A stretch of 64,000 nt of DNA from Mobula hypostoma (taxonomy: Eukaryota): NCBI RefSeq assembly GCF_963921235.1, contig NC_086097.1:97590001-97654000 (forward strand), given 5' to 3'. Of this stretch, positions 50,330-61,734 are shown in pieces. The position numbers and the translations under genes were made by a program. The notes beneath the pieces were generated by a model that worked only from the letters and a program-made list of their open reading frames with translations, ran no database searches and was not told where the DNA came from. How positions within the stretch are numbered: position 1 is the first letter of the stretch; the number at the start of each line of letters is the position of its first letter.

Positions 50330-51270
50330 AATTAGGATAGGCAGCAACACCTCTGCCACGGTTATTCTTAACACTAGTGCACCTCTGCCTCCTCTGCTTA
50401 CTGTGTACTCGTGACTGTATGGCCAGATTCTGCTTTAATTCCATCTACAGATTTGCAGATGAGTTGGAGTACAGGAAAAAGATGGCTTGTAACATAGTGT
50501 CAAGACAACAACCTCTCCTTAATCACGGGAAAACAAAAAAGCTGGTCATTGACTTCAGGAAGGGGCAGTGGTGCACACGCTCCTGTTTACATCAACGGTG
50601 TGACTCAAAGCGTCCAGTTCCTTGCAGTGAACTTCACCAGCAGCCTGTTCTGGTCCAGCTACATAGGCGCCATGGCTAAGAAAGTTCACTAATGCCTCTA
50701 CTTCCTCAGGAGGCTAAAGAAATGTGGTGTGCCCGTCAACACTTACCAATTTTTATTGATGGACCCCAGAAAGCATTCTGCCTGGATGCATAACGGCTTG
50801 ACATGGCAACTGCTTTGTCTGGGACCACTAGGAGCTGCAGCGTGGTGGATACAGCTCAACACATCACGGAAATCATCATCCCCTCCGTGGACTCTAACCA
50901 CACTTCTCACTGCCTCAGTCAAGCTGCCAGCATAGTCAAGATCCCCACCTGCCTCTCTTATCGGGCAGAAGATCATGAACCTGAACGTAAGTACCACCAG
51001 GCTCACGGACAGCTTTTGCCATGCTGTAAGACTATACAATGGTTCTCTAGAATGATAAGATGGACTCTTGAACTCACAATCTACCTCATCATGACTTTGC
51101 ACTTTATTGTCTGCCTTTTCTGCAGCTGTTATACTTTTATTTTGCATTCTGTTATTGTTTTACCTTGTGTACCTCAAGGCATTGAGTAAGGATTTGATCT
51201 GTATTAACAATATGCAAGACAAGCTTTTCACTGTTAGGTTGGTGCACGTGACAGTAATAAAACCTATTTT
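50330..51270 (+). mobile_element. Rex1/Babar-type LINE fragment
   Basis: IYRFADE, KTKKLVIDFRK and LYFLRRL remnants followed by a 3' UTR. Confidence 0.75.
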
Positions 51271-52239
51271 AATTCTGTTTTAATTATTACTTGTAATAAC
51301 TGCTTAAGTATCAAAGGCATTTCAAACAAACCATTAAAGACCCCTCTGCTTTATAGCCATCGAATTTGGGCATTGGGCTTTAATTTTTCAAGCAATGAAG
51401 GATGTTTTGGGAGCTTCATCTCCTCATTGATGTATTGCAAGCCCTACTGCTGTGAATCTTTGGGTTCATGAGGTTTCTATTCTGACTGTAGACCAGTGTG
51501 GGCGATGGGAAACTGTGGGTAGTAATTTTTGGGTTGGAGAACTGGGTCAGCAATTTCTGGCCCTTTGAGAGCATGGAGAATATATATTCCTTAACAAAAA
51601 AATGTGAGAAATATGTAGAAATACCTTAAACTTTTTTTTACTACACTGAGTCCCAAGGCGATAGGTTCAAGCATTCCAGCATCTAGACATAAACTGAAAA
51701 AATGATACTTTGGAGGAATATTGGAGGTGGTATGCTGCTTTAGGTTGAAACATTAAGTGAAGGCCCAGGTTCCAGCAAGTCCTTTAAGCTGCTTTGCACA
51801 TTTTATAATGCAGTGAGGTTTCTTTCAATGCCTTGACAGAAATATCTCCTTAGGCAGGTCCTTGAAGTCCATGAAAACATCCTAAGTGGGATCCACAGAC
51901 CCTCTCACAGTTGGGCATGCTGAAGTTTGAAGGGGCATATAAATGAGTTGTTGAAGTCGTTGCGCACTGCTCCCACTTAGTCTCCATGCATTTATTACAG
52001 TTCCTCTTGTTTATGACAAAAATCTTCTCAACCAAAATCACAACATCTTCTGAGCCTTGTGTACAAAATAGTTCTTAGCATAAGAACAGGATTTTTTGGC
52101 AATTGGCTAAAGCTGTTGGTATGTGTGAATTATTATTGAAAACATTTATTGTATATTCCTCGGCAAATAAAACTTTATATTTGTGGGAACCTGTCCCACT
52201 GGAGGTCCTGTCAAGGAAAAAAAAAGTTTACTTGGAGTG

Positions 52240-55070
52240 GTGTAGGGCCTTCTACTTTCTAAGAGTTCACTGCCGTTGTAATTATTGCTGTTTGGATTCC
52301 CCCTATCCCCCATCCCACACTAGGGCTGGGGAAGTGCTGCAGGAGGTCTATGGCGCCATCTGCAATGGTGTCTTTGTTGCTGGTGACCTCAATCATGGCA
52401 ACATAAAAAAACAGTCCTTCTGAAGTTCTACTAGCATGACAACTTTCCAACCAGAGGATAGAATATATTAGACTTGCTTTATACCAACGTTGGTGGAGCT
52501 TACAGAACTTCACCCACCCCCACCCTCACTTTGGATACTCAGACAACATATCTGTTTTACTAATCCCTGCATATAGACTCCTGGTTAAATGAGTCAAACT
52601 AGTTCACAAGGAGATCAGGATCTGGCCAGAAGGTGCCATCTCAGTGCCGCAGGACTGCTTCGAGAGCACAGAGTAGAGCATATTCAGGGAGGTGGCCACC
52701 TACGATTATCAGTGAAACCTGCAGGCCTGGACAATGTACCTGGTCAGTTGCTGAGGGACTGTACCCAACTAACAGAGATCTTAACGGACATCTTTAATAT
52801 CTCTTTCAAGCAGTCCATTGTTTCTGGAGGTTTCAAGGCACCCACCATTATTCAGTGCCCAAGAGAGCAACATCAACTGGTCTAAATGATTATCACCCAA
52901 TAGCACTGACTTCAGCAGTCACGAAGTGCTTTCACGGCTGATAATCGATTGTATAAAATCCCACCTTCCAGATACATTGGACGCTTTCCAGTTTGCCTAC
53001 TGCTCAAACCAGTCCACTGATGATACCATAGACACGGCCCTCCACTCTGTCCTGTCCCACCTAGAAAATTATGATTTATCTTCATCAGCTTGGCAAATAA
53101 CAAGATTATCCCTCAAAGGATGGTGGGTAAACTGTCTTCATTGGGACTCAACATCCCTCTTTGTAACTGGATCTTGGACTTACTGACTGAAAGACCCCAG
53201 TCAGTCTGAGTTGGCAGCAACATCTCAAACTCCATCACGCTGAGCACTGCCGCTCTCCAAGGTTGTGTGTTCTGCCCACTGCTGACTCACGATTGCACTG
53301 TCAGGTCCAACTCAAACCCCATCTTCAGGTTCGCTGATGATACTACAGTAGTTCGCCTCATTGGCAAAAATGATGAGTCGGCATACAAAGAGAAGGTAGA
53401 GAGGCTTGTTAAATGGTGTGAGAACAACACTGAGACTCAACGTGGATGAGACAAAAGAGATGATTGTGGACTTTAGGAAGGCATGGGTCACCACATTCCA
53501 TTGCACATCAATGGCTCTGCCACGGGGAGAGTGAAGAGCACAGAGTTCCTTGGTGAGAACATAATGGACGATCTAACAACACCTCTTCTCTAGTTCAGAA
53601 GGCACAGCAGTGTCTACATTTTCTGAGGAAAATGAGGCGTGCAAAGCTTCCCACCCCCATTTTAACAACTGTCAACAGAAGCTCCATCAAGAGTGTCCTG
53701 TCAGGCTGCATCATTGTGTGGTATGGATGCTGCAAGGCATCAGACTGCAGGACCTTACAGAGGCCGAGAAGATCACCAGAGACTTCCTCACTCCTGTTCG
53801 TGACATTTATTGGGAATGTTGCAGATGAAGGGGCTGAAGCATTGTTGAGGATCCCCACCACTCATCCCACAATCTCTCTGACCCACTACCATCAGGAAGG
53901 AGGTGCAGGAGCATCAGGACTAGGGCAGCCAGACTGGGTAACAGCTTCTTCCTTCAGGCTGTGAGACTAATGAATACCTTGCCACCCCCAAGGCCTTGTC
54001 ACTAGGACAGTGAGTAGTTTACTGTTTACCTGTGCCGTACACTTCACATGCATCTTGTTATATTTTATTAACTTATTTATAGTAATACAGGTTGAGCACC
54101 TCTTATCCAAAATGCCTGGGCCTCGAAACGTTTTGGATTTTGGATTTTTTTCTGAATTTGGAATACTTGAGTCTATATAATGAGATACTTTGCAGATCGG
54201 ACCCAAGTCTAAACACAAAATCCATTTACATTACATAGATGTACCTTGAAGGTAGTTTTATATAATATTTTTAATAATTTTGTGCATGAAACAATGTGTT
54301 CATTGAACCATCAGGAAGGTAAGCTGTCACTACCTTGGCTGCCCACATGGACAGTCAGTGTTTGGCATCGCCATTAATCCCGACTGAATTTGTGTTACTG
54401 GTAAGCAGACTTTGTCTTACATTCGTTCATCACACAATTGCACTGATGCAGTCGTTCAGTGTGTTAGATTTTTATCAGCCACGACCTCAGCAAACTCAGT
54501 GAATTTCTCTGCTGCCTCATGATCAGCAGACTCTTTATCACTACAAATCTTTAAAAATGCCATGTCTTTTCTTCAATTTCTGCAACCAGTCTGCTGATTA
54601 TTCACAATTACCTTCAATTCTCATTTTGTCATGATAGATCTTTACTTGTTTTACGATCAGTATGTCATGAATCGGCATGTGTTCACTCTGAAGTTGACAA
54701 ATCCACACTTTCTATACACAATAGAGATTTCCATTTTTCGCTTCATGCAGTGTTTTTCTATTTTTTTTTGATTAACTTCTGTTCGTTCTATATGTGAGGT
54801 CACTTCTCAGAACAGTCTGTGGTGCGCAGAGACCTGCCCATCACCTGGGAACCTTAGCAGCGCTTTGTGGAATTTTCCATTTCTGACATCATGTCAATAC
54901 TCAAATAAATTTCAGATTTTGCAGATTTTTGAATTTTTGAATTTTGGAAAGGGGTGATCAACTTGCATTTTGGTTTATGTGCTGTATGTGTTATACAATT
55001 TGTGGGTACACCATGGTCCAGAGGAATGTTGTATATATGTACAGTTAGATGACAATCAACTTGAACTTGA
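52240..55070 (+). mobile_element. Rex1/Babar-type LINE (APE and RT remnants) with a Tigger in its 3' UTR
   Basis: FVAGDLNH, QFAY..STDD, RFADDTTVV and SVLSGCIIVWYG; tail caacttgaacttga near 55060. Confidence 0.8.
54088..54965. mobile_element. Tigger (pogo-like) non-autonomous DNA transposon, Tigger4/Zombi-like
   Basis: Imperfect TIRs caggttgagcacctcttatccaaaat and attttggaaaggggtgatcaacttg; TA on the left and CA on the right; subterminal ggatttt repeats at both ends. Confidence 0.85.
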
Positions 55071-55529
55071 TAAAGTGCCGATCCCTTCTCATCTTTGATT
55101 GTACCCTGATCCTTTTGTTTAAGAATTTCCATCACTTTGTGTTCAAAGGATCACCAGAATGTCACGAATCAAAAGCAAGACTTCTTTGCCATTCAATTCA
55201 TATAGACAGATTGGACTGAATAACTTCAGATGTTAACTATAGCTGAATTGTTTAATTGAATGTTGCAGTTATATGGGCTCAGATATATGTCTTTAGAAAG
55301 GATAGCAAGTTGCTTTGTTGAACCTCTGCAACCTCATTGATAGGGAATTCCAGAATTTAAATCTGTGACAGTAGCCAAGATGGTTTATGCCTTGGAGGTG
55401 GTGATGTGCCACATATAGACCTTGTTTTTCTCTCAAAGCATCGTTCCCAAAGTTAGGATTTGTTGCCCATTTCTAATTAAAACAACTTTTATGCACACTT
55501 CTAGGCATGCAATAGAATGCTGGCCGCAA

Positions 55530-57149
55530 ATGCTATACCCTTCCAGGTGAGCAGCCTCTGTCTGTAACAGCAGAGGACGTGAGGAGGACTCTGTGAAGAG
55601 TCAACCCCACCCCCCCCCCCCCAATAAGGTGGCCAGACCAGACAACTTGCCAGGCCAAGTTCTCGAACTGTGCACACCAGCTCACTGACAACTTCATAGA
55701 CATCTTACAACACTTCACTCATCCAGGACACCAGACTCAAAAACAGTAACTTTCACCAAGCAGTAAGACTGATCAACACCTTCACACACTAACCCACCCC
55801 TCCATACCCAACCACTGCCACTATATCATTTCCCGTCAGTCTCCTTATGTACAGTCATTCCAGTGGCTTGCTTCATTTTACGGACATACAAACAATCTAT
55901 GTATATAAGCTATCTTATGTATTTATTGTATCTATCTTATTTATTGTGTTCTTCATCTTATCTATATACCACTAAAACTCTTATGCTCTGTCTGTCTGTT
56001 TGTGACCTCCAGTTAGCGTAAACGGTGCATTACAACAGCACTTTTTTTGGCTAAATCGAATTAAAATGCGCTAACTTACAGAATTTAGGCAAAGTTCAGG
56101 GTTATATATTCGAATAAAATTGCTCATTCACCAAAAATCAACAGGCTGGCTTTCACCCGAGATCCGATCGGCCATCATGGAAATCGGGATGCGACAGCCG
56201 GGCACGTGTGCACAGCCAGCCTCAGCAGCGACACCAACCGGAACAAAAGAGCAGGGCAGCTCTATTTCGAGGGGTCACATTCTGCTAATCATCATCAGCA
56301 TGTGCAGGATTGGGACATATCTAACTGCCACCCATCAATAAGAGATAATTAAATCTTATTGTAATGACGTACTTCGAGACACCCATAAAACCCTTTGCTG
56401 CAGTCAAAGGACAGCGGTGACTATATCACGTCCACTTAGGAGAACGCCAACCACATCATCAAGAATAATCAGCATCCTTTGGTGTTACTGCTTTGTATCT
56501 TCTATTCAGCATTAGGGTAAAAAAAAATGGTCAGCCTAATTATGCCACGTGGAAAGGGAAGAGGGACATTATGGTCAAGAGATTACGCCAAATGTCGTCG
56601 GGAAGCGGCAAGGAGAGGGAAAGAACAAGAATTGGATGAGGCCAGGGCCGCACGACTCCAGGATCAAAGAGTCAGGACAGAAAAAGATGAGAGAAGAAGA
56701 GACAGAGGAGGAGAGGCATGCACGTCTCCAGGATCAGAGACAAACAACAAACAGCAGAAGAGATGAAGAGATGGGGGATGAAAGGACTGCACGTCTCCAG
56801 AATGACAACGAGAGGCACGAGGGTGGCAGATAAACCAGAAATGATGCCGTCAAAAGTGTCCTTCATTAAACAAGGAGGAGCTATATTTTCTTTGCAACGC
56901 ATCGTTCTTCTTTAATAAACCGTGGTTTTCTACTTCAGTTTCCAAAGCAAACTGATACCAATAGCATTCAGGAAAATTTAATGTTCATTCTGGTCACTTC
57001 AGACTGCACTACCCTTCTCTCAAAGGGTGCCCCAACAGGTCACCCCGTTGTCTAGTTGTGTTTAATTTTCTTGTGCTGCATCGGATCCTGAGTAACAATT
57101 ATTTCATTCTCCTTTACACTTGTATATTGGAAATAACATTAAACAATAT
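55530..57149 (+). mobile_element. Deleted Rex1-type element hosting the Helitron and the CR1 derivative
   Basis: The 3' UTR is continuous across the Helitron (tcttcatcttA|Ttgtg), and its ttgaatcttgaatc tail resumes at 58722 after the CR1. Confidence 0.7.
55961..57055 (+). mobile_element. Non-autonomous Helitron
   Basis: 5' TC, 3' CTAG, inserted between A and T with no TSD, and a GC-rich hairpin just before the 3' end. Carries frameshifted E-x-R-x-ARL repeats typical of RepHel N-termini. Confidence 0.85.
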
Positions 57150-58717
57150 CTGTGCAGCGCGGCAGATTTAAAAGGAACAAAGCCTCATAGAGCGGGCAGC
57201 GTAGTTTGCGGGCGGCGGAGTGAGCCGGGAGCAGAGTGAGGACCTAAGGGCTTCGGCTCACCGGGCTTAGGCAGAAGCGGGCGAGGCGAGGAAGGTTTAA
57301 CAGTCATTTTCTGCTGTTATTTGAGGAGAGGGGCATTATGACTGTGGGGAAACTGCTGGAGTCAGTTATCAAGGATGTGATAACAGCACATTTGGAAAGC
57401 GGTGAAATGATCGGACAAAGTCAGCATGGATTTGTGAAAGGAAAATCATGTCTGACGAATCTCATAGAATTTTTTGAGGATGTAACTAGTAGAGTGGATA
57501 GGGGAGAACCAGTGGATGTGGTATATTTGGATTTTCAAAAGGCTTTTGACAAGGTCCCACACAGGAGATTAGTGTGCAAACTTAAAGCACACGGTATTGG
57601 GGGTAAGGTATTGGTGTGGGTGGAGAATTGGTTAGCAGACAGGAAGCAAAGAGTGGGAATAAACGGGACCTTTTCAGAATGGCAGGCGGTGCCTAGTGGG
57701 GTACCGCAAGGCTCAGTGCTGGGACCCCAGTTGTTTACAATATATATTAATGACTTGGATGAGGGAATTAAATGCAGCATCTCCAAGTTTGCGGATGACA
57801 CGAAGCTGGGTGGCAGTGTTAGCAGTGAGGAGGATGCTAAGAGGATGCAGGGTGACTTGGATAGGTTGGGTGAGTGGGCAAACTCATGGCAGATGCAATT
57901 TAATGTGGATAAATGTGAAGTTATCCACTTTGGTGGCAAAAATAGGAAAACAGATTATTATCTGAATGGTGGCCGATTAGGAAAAGGGGAGGTGCAACGA
58001 GACCTGGGTGTCATTATACACCAGTCATTGAAAGTGGGCATGCAGGTACAGCAGGCGGTGAAAAAGGCGAATGGTATGCTGGCATTTATAGCGAGAGGAT
58101 TCGAGTACAGGAGCAGGGAGGTACTACTGCAGTTGTACAAGGCCTTGGTGAGACCACACCTGGAGTATTGTGTGCAGTTTTGGTCCCCTAATCTGAGGAA
58201 AGACATCTTTGCCATAGAGGGAGTACAAAGAAGGTTCACCAGATTGATTCCTGGGATGGCAGGACTTTCATATGAAGAAAGACTGGATGAACTGGGCTTG
58301 TACTCGTTGGAATTTAGAAGATTGAGGGGGGATCTGATTGAAACGTATAAGATCCTAAAGGGATTGGACAGGCTAGATGCAGGAAGATTGTTCCCGATGT
58401 TGGGGAAGTCCAGAACGAGGGGTCACAGTTTGAGGATAGAGGGGAAGCCTTTTAGAACCGAGATTAGGAAAAACTTCTTCACACAGAGAGTGGTGAATCT
58501 GTGGAATTCTCTGCCACAGGAAACTGTTGAGGCCAGTTCATTGGCTATATTTAAGAGGGAGTTAGATATGGCCCTTGTGGCTACAGGGGCCAGGGGGTAT
58601 GGAGGGAAGGCTGGGGCGGGGTTCTGAGTTGGATGATCAGCCATGATCATAATAAATGGCGGTGCAGGCTCGAAGGGCCGAATGGCCTACTCCTGCACCT
58701 ATTTTCTATGTTTCTAT
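57150..58717 (+). mobile_element. Internally deleted young CR1 (putative 5' UTR joined to the RT half of ORF2)
   Basis: GC-rich 188 nt leader, then ATGACTGTG joined to GGGAAACTGCTGG of ORF2; intact 3' UTR and tail; AATAT on both sides (57145-57149 and 58718-58722). Confidence 0.85.
57338..58627 (+). CDS. 429 aa RT-only ORF of the deleted CR1
   Basis: Open from [10 protein letters not shown] to the native C-terminus. [19 protein letters not shown] and KFADD are intact; APE and NYRPVSLT are absent. Expression unknown. Confidence 0.6.
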   Translation: MTVGKLLESVIKDVITAHLESGEMIGQSQHGFVKGKSCLTNLIEFFEDVTSRVDRGEPVDVVYLDFQKAFDKVPHRRLVCKLKAHGIGGKVLVWVENWLADRKQRVGINGTFSEWQAVPSGVPQGSVLGPQLFTIYINDLDEGIKCSISKFADDTKLGGSVSSEEDAKRMQGDLDRLGEWANSWQMQFNVDKCEVIHFGGKNRKTDYYLNGGRLGKGEVQRDLGVIIHQSLKVGMQVQQAVKKANGMLAFIARGFEYRSREVLLQLYKALVRPHLEYCVQFWSPNLRKDIFAIEGVQRRFTRLIPGMAGLSYEERLDELGLYSLEFRRLRGDLIETYKILKGLDRLDAGRLFPMLGKSRTRGHSLRIEGKPFRTEIRKNFFTQRVVNLWNSLPQETVEASSLAIFKRELDMALVATGARGYGGKAGAGF

Positions 58718-59080
58718 AATATTGAATCTTGAATCTTTGAGAAAAAGGCCGTGAATCCTTTTCCTGAACTGCAACTGTCTTTCCTGTAAAAGTCCTCCCA
58801 GTGATGTTGGGTGAGGATTTCCAGGCTTTAGACCCAGTGGTATATGAGTAATAACAAAACATTTCTAGATTCTGTCCTTACAATTTTGATGTTTTTTAAA
58901 TGGTTTATGTACTGACTGTGATGTATACCTAATAAGATGTATATATTTGCTGTATTGTGACACCATTTCAGTAGCAACAGAGCAGCTGGAGTTCTCTACA
59001 AATTGTTAGAGAAACAGTGTTATCATATCCTTTAGCTCTTTAACAACGAGCATAACCTTGCATTATTTTTTTTCTCCTAG

Positions 59081-59146
59081 AGGATTGGCTGCTTGTTGGT
59101 ACCAAGCCAGGACATCTTCTGCTCTACAGGATCAAGAAGGAATTGG
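59081..59146 (+). CDS. VPS39: VPS39 coding exon 2 (EDWLLVGTKPGHLLLYRIKKEL), GC donor
   Basis: ttttttctcctAG acceptor; peptide matches VPS39 EEWLLVGTKQGHLLLYRI. Frame with exon 3 is kept using G|GCAAGT. Confidence 0.94.
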
Positions 59147-59365
59147 GCAAGTTGATTTCTCTTGGATTGGAATTCGTGTCACATGAATGCTGTTTTTAGT
59201 TGTATCTAGGATCTGCTGACTGCACTTAGGAACTGAAATTTGATGTGTTAAACCCTGTTGCGTCATTCCAAATTCCTCCACATCATTCTCTTGCATAATG
59301 TATGTGTTCTTAATTTGCATTCTACTATGGCACATAATACTAGGAAGCAATTAGCTGTTTTGAGT

Positions 59366-59940
59366 CCCCACCATCCAGGTCATGCTCTGTTCTCCCTACT
59401 ACCATAGGAGCTAGGTCCCACTAGTTTTTACCAGACAACCATCAGGCTCCTGAACTGGCATGGATAACTTCACTCAGAACAACTGTGAACTGATTGCATA
59501 ACCATCTGGTATGTGGGGGCAGGGCACTGTGCAGGATTGGAAAAAGCTGAAGTTGTAAACTCAGCCAGTTCTATCATGGGCAGTAACCTCCCCAGTGACA
59601 AAGACATCTTCAGAAGGCAATTCCTCAAAAAAGCAGCATCCATCATTAAGGACCCCACCCCCCACCCAAGACTTGCCCTCTTCTCATTGCCACCGTCAAG
59701 GAGGAGGTGCAATAGCCTGAAGACACACTCAAAGTTTCAGGAGCAGCTTCCTCCCCTCTGCCATCTGATTTCTGCATGAACAATAAACTCAAGAATCAGC
59801 CTTTTACTTCCGTTTTGCATTATTTATTTAATTGAATCTGTTTACATGTACTTATCGTAATTTATAGGTTTTATTATGTACTGCAATGTACCACTGCCGC
59901 AGAGCCGCAAGTTTCACGATGTTAAACCTGACTCTGATCC
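59366..59940 (+). mobile_element. Rex1/Babar-type 3' fragments
   Basis: KKAASIIKDPTPHPRLALFSLPPS motif and an aaacctgactctgat tail. Confidence 0.7.
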
Positions 59941-61011
59941 TAGAGGCTCGCTTTCAAGGACACTACAACTCATGTATTCTTTTATTTCTGCATTTTGTCT
60001 TATTTCTCACATTGGTTGTTTGTCAGTCTTTGTTTATGCATAGTTTTACACAAATTCTATTGTATTTCTTTATTTTCCTGCAAGAAATGAATTTCAAGGC
60101 AGTATATGGTAACATATATGCACTTTGATAATAAATTTGCTTTGGGTTTGAGCCAAGGTGAATTATGTCATTAGTTAATGGTAGGGACATTAACAGAAAG
60201 GGCATGGATTTTAGGTGAGGGGAAGTAGATTTAAAGAAGATTTGAGGGGACTTTTTTTTTAAACACTTATTGAGCTCATTGCTAGAGGAGGTGATGGAAT
60301 TAGATATAATCACTGCATATAATATACACGTGTTACTGCCCGTTACACTGTTGGTGTTTAGGGCAGCAATGAAGGTCCTCAATCTCGAGTGGTGTTCAGG
60401 TATTCTTTCATCATGTCAGTAGCTTCCTATTGGTTTTCACTACTATCAGTAATGCAAGTTCCAGATGGAAACTCAGGAATACCATCACACTCAGATGTTG
60501 AGGATTCTTCATTGCTGTTTCAGTAACAATTTTGTTTCACCGGTCAGGATTGTTAGCCCTGAGTGAATCCCCGAACCTGGAGAACTGCTGGACCACACTT
60601 AATCTGACCTATTTGGCATGGGTGACCCTACAAGGAACCAAAGCATTAAGTCCTGACTCCAGCCAAGATAGCTCTGTGTCATTGCGGCACAGAAGCCTTC
60701 AAACCAAGGCTGTCGTCCTCTTGGAGGAATAGACATTTAGCAGTCACTTAAATAACATGACATAAAAGGTTACATACAGTATTGGAGCGAACAAATGAAC
60801 TAGTGTAAATGAGAAAGAAAGATTGGCATGGATATGGTGGGGCAAAGAACTCACTTCTGACCTGTACAACTGTGATCATAATTGAGTGGAGGCTTCAGGC
60901 CATGTTACTTATTAATCTAAGAAGCTGAGAAATTCTTGTTGGTTTTAGGGTATTTGAATGTTATGAAAAATTAGTTAATTGGTGTGTTCTCATTTTCCTC
61001 TCTTTAAACAG

Positions 61012-61076
61012 GAAGCAACAAATTTGAAGTCTTACTAGAAAAGTCCAACAAAAACTTTTCAAAGAAAATTCAACAG
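61012..61076 (+). CDS. VPS39: VPS39 coding exon 3 (GSNKFEVLLEKSNKNFSKKIQQ)
   Basis: Pyrimidine tract plus cAG acceptor and GTATTT donor; matches NRFEVTLEKSNKNFSKKIQQ. Confidence 0.96.
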
Positions 61077-61334
61077 GTATTTACTATGTTTTTTTCAATG
61101 ATACAATATTATCTAATAGTTATGAAGTTTCAGTAATTTTAAAATCCCCTTTGCTTTCTTTCAAATAGGTTAGTCTCTCCAACTTTCAACCCTTTTCTCC
61201 TGAGAACTATGACCAGTGCTGTGTTTTTATTCACTGGTGTTATTTAGAATTTGTATCTCTAATTGGGATTTTCAAAAACCTACTTTACTGAATAGTATGA
61301 TCTGCCTTAATGAATATCATCCAGTAGCACTCAT

Positions 61335-61700
61335 GTTAAAAGGACTAAATTGGGTGGATCTGGAGAGGATGTTCCCTGTGGTGGGGTATCCAGAACAAGA
61401 GGGCACAGCCTCAAAATTGAGGGGCAACCCTTCAGAACAGAGGTAAGGAGGAATTTTGTAAGACAGAGATTAGTGAATCTGTGGAATACTCTGCCACAGA
61501 CTGCGGTGGAGGCCAAGTCCGTGCGTATATTTAAAGTGGAAGTTGATCATTTTCTGATTGGTCAGGGCATCAAAGGATGTGGCGAGAAGGCAGATGTATG
61601 GGGTTGAGTGGGATCCGGGATCAGCTATGATTGAAAGGCAGATCAGAGTCAATGGGATGAATGGCCTAATTATGTTCCTATGTCTTATGGTCTTATGTCT
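61335..61700 (+). mobile_element. CR1 3' fragment
   Basis: SRTRGHSLKIEGQPFRTEVRRNF..VNLWN; tcttatgg tail. Confidence 0.85.
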
Positions 61701-61734
61701 ACGGTGATGAAATGCTTTGAGAGTTTTGCATGGC

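Noticed and set aside
59147..61011. Equivalent of the mammalian 33 nt alternative VPS39 exon
   Set aside because: I found no AG/GT-flanked segment encoding a similar peptide. A diverged microexon cannot be excluded without RNA-seq.
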